From: Asterias rubens
Lineage: Eukaryota
DNA: 64,000 nucleotides
NCBI RefSeq assembly: GCF_902459465.1
Contig: NC_047064.1
Span: 15,376,001-15,440,000, forward strand
Reading direction: 5' to 3'
Shown here: in pieces, positions 36,701 to 47,382 of the stretch
How the letters are laid out: the number at the start of each line of letters is the position of its first letter
Position numbering within the stretch: position 1 is the stretch's first letter
Position numbers and translations under genes: made by a program
The notes under the pieces: model-generated
Told to the model about the DNA's origin: nothing
What the model saw: the letters and a program-made list of their open reading frames with translations, nothing else
Database searches by the model: none

Positions 36701-39700
36701 TGCCAGCCAAAATAACATGTGACTGGTTTTCTGCTCTCGCACCAGTGGTTTTCTGCTCTCTTTTGCAGAGCAGAAATTGTGAAGCAATTTTTCCTGCTTA
36801 AGCAGCTATGAAATTGGGCACTGGTGACGAGAGGCCAGTTAAAAACTTGCTGTGCAATACTTTCATCATTCTGTGCAGTCAAATTCGGGTGTCTTGCTCA
36901 AGAACACTTGTCTTGACCAGGATTTGAGCCCACAGAACTCCGGCAGTAAGGTACTGACAGTACACATAGTGCACACAGCACACAGTGCAGGTATGGGTGA
37001 AAACAGACTGTATAACACAGAAACAACTTGCATCTGGGATGAAGATGATGATTTAAAATATTTAAAATAATCATCTTCATCCCAGATGCAAGTTGTTTCT
37101 GTGTTAAAATTCTGTTATTTTTGCTGCATTACAATCTTGAGCTAAAAGATATATTTCCATCTAACATATTGTTTGTGCTTGAAATGCCCTGTATTTGTTA
37201 CAGTTATTATTGTAATTGAGGTTTAAAACTTTGCATGGTGTGAAGGATTAACAATATACTATAAATAATAGTCAATCTGCTGTTGTAGGTCCAACCATGT
37301 GATATCTTCTTTTGAGGGAGTGTTGGCCCATAAACCAATTCAGCTCTTTTACTATAGGGTCATTCCATGTCAGACCAACGCACTTTTTTACCTCATGTCT
37401 TCCGATTTTGATAAAAATTGCTGTGATTGTAGGTCCTTATGAGCAATGAATCTTTCCAAGATGGTAAACAAAAAATGTCGCCATGCTGCAACTCTGACTT
37501 CATCGGAAGGTTAGCGTGCCTTTTCGTGTGCTATACGGTTAAATGGAAACCGCACAGTTAGCACAAAATCTGCTGCTGAGCAGCTCTATTAAAATGGGCA
37601 CTGAAGTCAGAGTTGCAGCATGGTGAACAAATTGTTCTTGAGGATATCTCAGAAAGTTACTATGCATTATTTTTTTGTTCAAGATTCATCACAGGGGGTT
37701 AAAGTAAGACTGCATAAGTTTGTGATCTACTGAAGAAAGGCAGACAGCTTCTCCATCTCAACCTTGATGTAATCTCTAACTGGGATCACTAATAATCACA
37801 GTGGTGCACCCGCAAGGGGGGGGGGGGGATGGGGGACGATAGGTCTGGGGGATTGATCCCAGCCCCTCCAAGGTATTCAATTTGTTTGTTTGATTTGTTT
37901 TGATTTTTTGTTTTACAATCTTTTATGGCCCACCCCCCCCCCCCCCAAAAAAAAAAAAAAATAATAAATCCTGGGTGTGTCACTGCTGATAATTTAAATT
38001 CTGATTCTGGTTAAACCACATCAGCCCCAACAAGAAACAAATGGCAAACCATGAACACTTTAAGTAACTTTAGAAACAGAAGAGTGAGGTTTGTTGGTGG
38101 ATTTATTATGTAAAGTATATAAATTGACTAGTTTGTGACCTAACAACTGTACAAAAATGGTAATAAAATTGTAAATTTTGAAGAGCCCAGTTGTTCTTGG
38201 TTGATTGTGATCGAGGAAAACATGTTCTATCAAGTGATTTTTATTTTGTTGATTTTTGGAATGATGCATTGTTTCACAAATTGGGTCAAAGGTCACGATA
38301 ACATATTAAAGATCACGGTACTTGTACAAAAATAGTCATAAAGTTGTAAATTTTGAAGAGCCTAACTGTTTCTTAGTGGATTCTGATAGAGGAAGACATG
38401 CTCTATCAAGAGATTTTTATTTCATTGATTTTTGGAATGATACATTATTTCAAAAACTGGGTCAAAGGTCACGATAACATATTAAAGATTACAGTGACCT
38501 ACATTTCAGAAAATTTATTTTTGACAAAAGAACTGATTTGAGCATGCAATTCTCATCATTTTGATACCAAATTTGCATATATGTGATGAGAATTGACATG
38601 GTTATGACACATTTTTACCAAAAAGGTGGTATTTTACCCTAAAAATGTCAGATTTTAGTGGTTTCTGCCCTGACCACATGGTAAGTCTGATCGGGCTAAA
38701 AATTGCTGTGCATTCATTGCTCATAAGGACCTTATCAAAATCGGAAGACATGAGGTAAAAAAGTGCGTTGGTCTAACATGGAATGACCCTATAGAACCAT
38801 AAACTCCCTCAAGAGAGAATATTACATGGTTGTGACTGCAAGTTGACTATTAATTATAGTTTATTCTTAGGTTATTGTTGCTTGATTCATCAAAGTTCGG
38901 CATAATTTTTCTGACGTTTCTGCACAATTAAAAAAAAAACTCACTATTGTTATTTGGTACTCACGAGCCAATGGGGCAGTGGCCAATTGAAACACGGTAT
39001 TTGACTGGTTCAGCGCTAGTTCGATGCCACAGACTTGACTCTGTCCGGCTACGTCGATATTGTGGGTGAGATTCTCCAATGGACCGGTAATTACCAACAG
39101 GAAGACGTATGCCATTAGGATGGTCCTCCCCTTACCTGTGTATTTAGAAGTTCCAAAATCCTTAAAGGCACTGGACACTATTGGTAATTACTCAAAATAA
39201 TTGGTTAGCATAAAATATTACTTGGTAACAAGCAATGTATTCAAAAGCATATCCACGGCACATGCGTGCTATCAATATACACATGCTTATCATGTACTTA
39301 TACACAAAAGCTTATAATGTACGTACATAATATCTTATCATGTACGTGCACAGTAAATGCACTTTTTATCGTGTACTTTGGACTTATCGTGTACGTATAC
39401 GATAAGTTTGATTTTATTGTGTACGTACATGTCAACTTATCGTGTATGGTATTGGTACACAATAAGTTTGAAATTATTGTGTACGTACACTCTAGGTTTG
39501 AATTTACCTCCTGTACATACATGATAAGTTATCGTGTATGTACACGATAAGAGAGACGACAAATCAAGTCCAAATTTGCACAGATATTTTATTGTATGCA
39601 TATGTTGGGATTACACCAAGTGAGGATACTGGTCTTTGACAGTAACCAAACGTATTCAGTGATTTAAAAAAAAGAAATCGCAGTGATATTAGTTGTAGTT

Positions 39701-41860
39701 GATGAAATATTAGACGTAGAGCCTACCTGAAAAAAGTTGCGGGATCATGAGCAGCATCATACAACTGAACTGGCGTGAAAAGGCCATGCCGAAGCAAATG
39801 ACGGGTCCGATGCACGTGGCAGTGAAGGCAGCATTGCTTGGGTCTTGCTTCAAACCAAACACAAAGACGAAGTAAAAGAAGAACACCAGTACCAGCCCAA
39901 CCAAGAAGCCCATCACACTCTTTGTGATCTTATTGGCGTACGTGCCTGACATGAAACATGGAAGAAACGTCCCGAGGTAGTGGTAGAAGTTGCGCACGCT
40001 CAGAATGAGGGAGAAAAGAGCAGAACGGAGAGGGGTGGGCTTTTCCCCGTCTCTCAACTTCTTCTTACCTCCGGCTCCATCATCAATGTCTTCGGAGGTC
40101 TCATCTTCCGTTGACTAAAAAAAAGTGAAGTGTTGGCAATTTTATTTAATTTTATGATCGATTTGTTATAGCAAACAAACAAGGGGAAAAAAACCTCCAA
40201 CAAATAAGCATTGGACAAATAACGCTGTTTAATTTTTTAATTCCAGTGTTATTAATATAATCTAGTTTGGCCATGTATAAAACGTATCGCTTTCATCTGC
40301 CCTATTTTTAGCCCTATGTCTTTTGTTAAAGGAAAATTACAGAATTGGTAAGACAAAACACGTCTAAGATCATTTACATAAAACTTCCATGGTCTAGCTG
40401 ATTATGATGATAGTAGAAACATCCCTTAAAATATTTCTGTCTGAAATGTCACAACCGATGAGAAACAGATAAACTTAAACGTCCGTTTAGAGTTCATCGC
40501 TCAGCAGGGAGCGTTTTAAAAACAATAAAAAATCATGTCATGCAAAATGTGTAATCGTATCACTATATTTTATGTGCGACCCAAAATGGTCGATCGATCT
40601 CGAACTTCTACAGTTTTGTAGGCCCTCTAGTCTATATGGTCAGATGGTGGATCACACAAAGTGATTATGTTATACTGCCAGTATCTGCTTTCTTTTGGCA
40701 AAACCAACTCTAGAACTCTGTAACGTTCCTTTAACTTTAAAGGCAGTAGACACTTTGGGTAGTTGTCAAAGACTAGCCTTCACAGTTGGTATATCTCAAC
40801 ATATGCATAAAATTACAAACCTGTGAAAATTTGAGCTCAATCGGTCAACGAACTTGCAAGATAATAATGAAAGAAAAAACACCCATGTCACACGAATTTG
40901 TGTGCATATAGATGGTTGATTTCAAGACCTCAAGTTCTAAATCTGAGGTCTCGAAATCAAATTCGTGAAAAAATACTTCTTTTTCAAACTATGGCACTTC
41001 AAATTTTCACAGGTTTGTTATTTTATGCATATGTTGAGATAAACCAAGAGAGAAGACTTGTCTTTGACAGTTACCAATAGTGTCCACCGTCTTTAAGAAG
41101 ACAAACAGTTGACAAAGAATCAAATTCAGGTTTAGAGCCCTCCCTAAAAAGGGAAACAAGACGCCGAGGGACTCTATCCCAATCCACATGCAAGGCTTCG
41201 TTTCGAGAATCGGACTGTATGGGCCGAATGAACAGAGATTTTAACGCAGGGAGATTTATCAAAAGTAAACAGAACGCTCACCTGAAGGGCCTTTCGCTTT
41301 TCTTGTTGAAACAAGTCTTCAGCCACCTCTTCTTCCATGTCCTCCAGTTCAAGCAACATTTTAACATCGATCGGTGGGCCTCCCCCCGTCAGCATTTGTC
41401 TCTTTTTTCTTTTTTTTTCCATTCTCGTTCGCTTTTTGTTCATCCTTTTGTGCTTCTTTTTGAGTTTGGGATTATCTTCTTCCAGCCTCTTTTGTGCCAA
41501 GAGTTCTTGCACACGGTCCATATCCACGTCCACTTGTTTCTTAACGCTCATCGCCATATCATATTGTGCTTTTCCCGGAATGGCCGGTTTCGGTTTAGGA
41601 ATGTTCACCTTTTTCTGTCTCTTCTTAGGTTTCTCCTTAGGTTCTGCAGTATCGAGATGTCTTCCTTCTAACTTAAACTGATCAACTTGTTTCTTTGTCT
41701 GTTTCGCCACTTCTTCGAGAATTTTTTCTCTCACTTTTTCCTCCACTTTTTCTTGAACCTTCTCTTTAATCTTCTCCTGGACCTTCTTCTGGACTTGCTT
41801 CTTAATTTGTTGCTGGGCCACCTTCTGCCCCTGACTTTTGGCCACCTGTTGCAGCATCAT
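21773..41860 (-). CDS. DCST2: DC-STAMP-domain protein, DCST2/SPE-42/Sneaky-like; exons 41860-41282, 40114-39727, 39135-38965, (36393 or 36424)-36364, 34987-34793, 34651-34589, 31612-31399, 29617-29460, 28420-28256, 27238-27071, 25623-25386, 24214-24087, 23215-23113, 22010-21773
   Basis: Recognisable blocks are KGRTILM..GPLENLTHN..VCGIELALNQ, HDNWYIT, DYAAYWFLD, LRLRRYI..HYPERERVRAVWLYN, the RING-like CSNCG..C....CPGIYCLQC...NNLCHLC and ELGSSDDD. GT-AG phases are consistent except around 36.4-38.9 kb. The start ATG and the terminal stop are less certain. Confidence 0.88.
23327..23712. mobile_element. Kolobok-like MITE; further copies at 33019-33407, 35078-35466, 40737-41096 and 53758-54163, with partial copies near 24.3-25.2, 39.2 and 62.1-63.0 kb
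   Basis: Same TIRs, same internal GATTTCGAGACCTCA..TGAGGTCTCGAAATC hairpin, TTAA flanks. Confidence 0.88.
25078..25230. mobile_element. ~150-bp hairpin MITE (ATGGGAGACTTT...AAAGTCTCCTAT); copies near 27855-28003 and 51705-51850
   Basis: Three near-identical copies in the window with terminal inverted repeats. Confidence 0.7.
26345..26612. repeat. (AAC)n / A-rich low-complexity tract
   Basis: Runs of ACAACAAC and AAAC. Confidence 0.85.
29120..29315 (-). mobile_element. tRNA-derived SINE; related pieces near 18685-18900 (+), 19700-19870 (-), 24490-24640 (+), 26005-26080 (-) and 26650-26730 (+)
   Basis: tRNA-like A/B boxes (e.g. GGTTCGAGTCCC, GGTTCAAATCCCACC) followed by a shared GACACTTGTGTCC-type body; no complete cloverleaf. 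Family boundaries are approximate. Confidence 0.6.
37013..37106. repeat. ~94-bp palindrome
   Basis: TAACACAGAAACAACTTGCATCTGGGATGAAGATGAT...ATCATCTTCATCCCAGATGCAAGTTGTTTCTGTGTTA. Confidence 0.9.
37357..38789. mobile_element. 1.43-kb non-autonomous DNA transposon (GGGTCATTCCATG...CATGGAATGACCC) flanked by TA(TA), in a DCST2 intron
   Basis: TIRs of about 55 bp and an internal ~177-bp direct duplication (about 38140-38490). Confidence 0.8.
39285..39550. repeat. Degenerate ~32-bp tandem array of palindromic TTATCGTGTACGTACACGATAA units
   Basis: Repeated GTGTACGTAC cores, lying inside a split TTAA MITE. Confidence 0.65.
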
Positions 41861-44249
41861 CTTGGCAATGTTATGGCAGTTCACACTTCAGAAGACAAAA
41901 AGGAAATGAGTATCCGGATGACGCAAGCGTCCTCGTCGGTGAAAATTTCAAAAACTCTCTACTTTTCGGATGTACTGTATTTTTCTGCCGATTCAAACGC
42001 TTCAAACAACATGAACAATAGGTTCGTTTTACTTGCATTAGATGATGTAATTTAGTGTTTTAAACGACCCGTTTATGGCGGTTCATAAGTGTAACGTCTG
42101 CTGCCAGCTAAATCAAACACACGAACACGCGACGATGACTTGACTCACCCCACCCCCTCGACTACTCTCGCTAAACGCCCGCGTCTTTTGAATGTAGCGT
42201 GTCACAATACATTTTCCTTTAACAAACACGCGCATATTTTTTCGGCTGGGTGCGCGCCGCGCACGTACGTTTTACTACTAGACGTGGCATCACACCACCA
42301 CAGACGTGCAGCGGCCGTTTAAAACAAGAAGGTTCGTTTAAAAGCAGAAGGGTCGTGGCAGTGGAAAGATGAGGTCCTATCTATGGAAACGGATGTTAAA
42401 GACCGAGTCACTTCTATTGTATTCCCATTCTTAAAAAGGAGTATCAAAAAATAGGAAAATCCGAAACAGTTAGTTTCTGAAGTGCGGTGACGCTCATAAC
42501 GGTTGTGTGTACGCGCTTGTGCTAACAGTTTCGATTTGCGTTGCGCGTAAATTAACGCAGAGTGTAGGCTTGCTCGTCACGCCCATAGATATAGAATTTA
42601 ATACCTAGATCGGCCGCGCGTACATACGCGCCATAAGCCGTAAACAAACATTTTTATTTTTTCATGGACGCACTAAAAAGTCACGTGCTGCAACGCACAG
42701 AAAATGAACAAGGGAGATAGGCCTTTAAAGCCATTATACACTTTCGGTAAATAGTATTGTCCAAACAAATCCCACACTTCGTGCATCACAACTTATATAT
42801 AAAATAACAAACCTGTGAAAATTTAGGCTTAATCGGTCATCGGAGTCGGGAGAAAATAACGGAAATACCCACCCTTGTTTCCGCACGTTTTGCCGTGTCA
42901 TGACATGTGGTTAAAATATATCCGTAATTCTCGCTATCGAGAATTGATATTGTTTTAATGTTTTCTCAAAAAGTAAAGCAGTTCATGGGACAATATTTCA
43001 AGAGAAGTCATTCACCATTACCTTCTGTAAACCCTGTAAATTATTTGTAAATCTGAGAATTTTTTTTTTTTTTTTTTTGTACCGAAAGTGTATTAAATGG
43101 CTATGGACGCGCTAAAAGTCACGTGCTAGTTACAAGAAGAACGTTGGAGATAGGCTAATGGCTGCCCCCATGCCGGAACCCGCGTATGTACGCGCGGCCG
43201 ATCAGGTTATTTAATTCTATACCTATGGTCAGCCCAGTTATTTGATTCTATATCTATGGTCACGCCTTGGTTCAAAACTAATTCAGCGGTTTTATATCGC
43301 ACAATGGCCACGTGATGTTGATGTCCTCTCGATCTCCCGGACTGGATAATCTGTCTCGTCCTTGGTCGCGTATTATAATTTTTGGCAGCAATAGACGATT
43401 TTTTTGTCAAGATATGATGCTACTTTTATAATCACAATTTTTTTTTTTGGCGAAAATTGCATGTCTCCAAACAGAAAATTCGTTCAGGATGCTTTGGTCG
43501 ATTGGCACCGTCACAACGGGATTTCAATGCCTAGCCTACAAGACAGCCGCTTTTCTCTGCCCGGGAATAATTAACCTTTTACTTTTCGAGCCATCTCGAA
43601 AAGCCGATCTTGTGCAATTAATACTTGCGGTTACTCCACCCGTGTGTGCTGTTGCAAATTTGAACTCCGGTCTATATTATATTTTGGCAGTAATGCAAGA
43701 TTTTTTTGTGAATTTTGCCACTTTGGACGGAAAATGTATAACTCCAAAGTTTTGCGAATGTTGTATGATTCAACACAGTAATAAGTTCTGCCGTCGATTT
43801 CACAAAACTCTTCTTAACTTAAGACTAATCTTAGGACTTAGGACGAGTCCCAACCCTGTACTGTAGCATACAGACCTTAAGATTAATCCGAAGTTAGGAC
43901 GAGTTACTCGTCCTAACTCGAGATAAGACGAGCCCTAACTCTTTGTGAAATCGACGGCAGGATGCTTAATTTGTTCGATTTTTGTTTTTCAGAGTTGACT
44001 TTAACATACAAAGAATGGCCTCTTTTAAAAAAAAAATGGGGAATAAAAAATATTGATTTGTTTAAGCACCGAGGCGAATTAGAATAAGTCTGCTTTATAC
44101 TTGTTATTTAAAGAGCACTCCCCGGTTCAATGGTTCGGCGGGAAAATTGAATTGGACTTGGTGCGGTACCCAGGGTAAGGGTTCAACACTTGCTATTGCT
44201 ATCAATATTTTGTGCTACACCAACGCTCGCTGTATTTTCAATACAACCG

Positions 44250-44820
44250 ACCATGTCAACTCCAGCTACCAATGAGGACATTCAAGATTTCTTCGCACGT
44301 TTTTAATAGCCAAAATCCAGCTATACCTTTGTTGATGAAAAGTAAGCTTCAATATCAGCTGGATTCGGAAGCGATACTGAAGTCGGCTGCTAGTTCGATA
44401 ACGTGGAAAAGAGAGGGACACAAATCAGTGCTTGATACTTGACCAGTTAGCTGAGGTCTCCAGCAGTCAAGACTGAAATAGACAAGACCAAAAACCTTCT
44501 TGATCATCGTCAAAAACTGATTTGACTAGCCTTCAGGCTGGGCAACGGTCGAAGAATAATGAGCTTGCACACGACAGCGACGACGAAAAGAGAATCGCCA
44601 GAGCGAAAGCCAGAGCGGCAAGGAAGATCAAAACCTCAACCAAGGCCAACTCCTCCAGGTTGAGGGGTCACGTTCAACCAAGCCAGGGCTATACCACGAC
44701 CACATACCCCTTGTTTCTTCTACTATGGGTCAGCATCTGCTTCTTCGTGCCCAACGATACCCCCGACGTTTGCGAATGCCAATGACACTGGCGCAAGACG
44801 TGCCCCTACATTGGAAAGCA
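44250..44820 (+). mobile_element. Decayed gag-like ORF of a DIRS/Ngaro-type (tyrosine-recombinase) retroelement
   Basis: Remnants are HRQKLI, NELAHDSDDEKRIARAKARAARK and a broken zinc knuckle CECQ*HWRKTCP, with stops and frameshifts. Confidence 0.6.
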
Positions 44821-47382
44821 TCCAACCATGCCATCACTACCAAAGGTGTCAGCACTTAAACCGGAGGAGGGCATCGGTCGAGGATGACAACACACAGTAA
44901 ATAAAGTTGAGTTAAAATCTGTAGCTTGTGTACCGATATTATTCTTTTATTTATACGTTCTTCACGTACCTTATTGTCTCAAAGCACCTCTACACAAAAG
45001 GGTAGGCGGAGTCAACCCTCAAACAACTTTATCTATTTGTTTAACAATAATTATAAATCGTTACAAACAATGACTAACAAAGTTGTTTTATTGTTACTAA
45101 ATTACTCTCATGTTTGAACAAATAAAAGAAAAATATTTCCAGGTGACTGTACTTTTTGTAACACAAAACACAATGACCACAGATTTACAATGATAGAAGA
45201 AAGCGTTCCTTAAAATGTTAATTGCTGTAGTTTTTGAAAAAAATGGGTAAAAAAATGTCATGTCGTGCCCAAATTATACAGGCTTGTTTGAAAACATGGC
45301 GATCGTGCGTAGTTCGTCGCGTGCGTAGTTTGTCGCACAGTGGAACGCGCCCGTCACTACTTTTGAAAGTCGGCGCGCAATTCGCGCGAGCGCATTGGTG
45401 ATTACATAGACCATAGATATAGAATAATTACCTCGGCGCCGCGAAGCGTGTCGCGTTGGGCGCGTTTGAACTTCTTGCGAGCGAATTACAGAGTTGAGGA
45501 ATACAAGCAGCAGCACAGCATGCGCGCATCCATGCATGCTACATTTATACCGAAAGAGTTCGCCATATACAGCAAAGCAAGACAAGATAGCCAACCTAGC
45601 ATACAGTCATAAGCGCAATACGGACTCAACTTCACGTGTATCAAGCTTAATCTAAAGTCACTGAGGGTTAACGTTTCATGTAGGCGTACATGGTAAATTA
45701 CTATTTATCAACGACCCCTTAATGAGTGTGGGGTGTTGGTACATGCAGGATAAGGACGTCAGTTTCTACTCTTTCACTAAGCTAAGCTATGACAGGTAAG
45801 ACTCCTCCGTTGTCAGTTATTTCTATAAATAAAATAATCTAGTGCAACGGAGACGAGCGTCCCACCAGGGCCCAATTTCATAATCATAGAGCAGCTTATG
45901 AACAAACAGTTGTCACACCACTCTTTTATCCAGAGAGTGGTGAACTGGTGGAAGACAGGCTCCCGGAAGACTGTGTTGCCGCCGATACTCGTTGTTAATT
46001 CTTCACACTTCAAAATCAAACTTGACAAGGTCCTCGGGGATCCGGGAATAAGGAGTGCGTTTTGGCGACCCCAACCACAAACTGTTTCGGTTGTTGGTCG
46101 TTGGTTCTGCTGTTCAGACTGAACGGTAACCGATCTAACTGTAGGAGTGCGTTTTGGCGACCCCAACCAAAAACTGTTTCTGACGTCACAACCAATACGG
46201 TAACCGAGCTAGCTCACAACTCGGTTGTCGTTCAGTCTGAACAGCAGAACCACCGACCAACAACCGAAACAGTTTTTGGTTGGGGGTGCCAAAGGGTGCC
46301 AAAACGCACGTGCTAAGTGCGCCGTCCGTGGAGCAAGTGACCGTTGCAAACATTAAAAGGACTCACGGAGTCGGTGCTAGTGCGTTCGTTGGCTGTAGAG
46401 GGCACGCGCGTCACCCGTACGTCACCGGTACTGGGGGTGAATCCGTACGGGTGACGCTGAAAAAGTTCCTCATGCACTAAAAGTGCTACGTCGTGTCTGC
46501 GTGCTCCCAAATCCGTACCGAGGCGGTACTCACCACGTACGGGTCCCCAAATCTGCACTGAATGCACTGAGACCAGTGAGTGAATGTCGTCTGCACAGCA
46601 GAATCATTAGTCTGGTTCCCAACATAGTCGCGCTGGATTAGCTGTTATGAGAGGCTGAAACAAGATGTTAGTTTCATTTATTAAATTGGCCCGTAAACAT
46701 GGATAGGATTTAACGCATAAAGCTAGCAGAATTTCGTTCTCAAATTTAAAGTTTTTTTTTTTTTTTAACATTTGGTTGTGGTAAAGGTATTCATGAATTT
46801 GGATCAAAAATTGGATAATGAATTTGGATCAAAGTGTGTTGAGTCGGCTAGTGGTGTTTACCCGCCGAGGCCTGATTTTTGATAAATTTACCTGACGTCG
46901 TCTCGGGAATTTTTTTTAAAGAATCAGGGCACAATTTCATAGAGCTGCTAAGCACGAAAATTTGCTTGGCATCGGAAACTTCTTCCTTGATAAAAACAGA
47001 ATTACCAACCATTTAAATATTCATTTGTTGCATTTTGCTTTTTGCTGATATTCAGCTGTTGTTTGCTTATCCTAAAAATCAGTGGAAATTGGGTTGGTAA
47101 TCCTGTTTTTATCAAGGCAACAACTTCATACTAAGCAAATTTGTGTGCTTAGCAGCTCCATATGAAATTGGGCCCAGCTGGCCTCGGCGGGTTTAAACCA
47201 CTGGTTTGAAACCTCTTCACCACACATTGATTTCCTTGACATCTGCGTGTTTTTGTTATTTATTTTTTAGATGCATGTCTTCTCCTGCTGCTGTTATACG
47301 TTTAATGACATTGAACTGCGTTGTGCCTTTAATGACAGACTTCAGAAATAAATGTTCTTTTGTGTGATTGATTTTAGAGACC

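Noticed and set aside
37720-37790. Candidate missing DCST2 exon (LIPVRDYIKVEMEKLSAFLQ)
   Set aside because: It runs into an in-frame TAG with no good donor and lies inside the 37357-38789 transposon.
41219-42055. Plus-strand ORFs of 114-150 aa
   Set aside because: They are antisense shadows of the K/E/Q-rich DCST2 exon.
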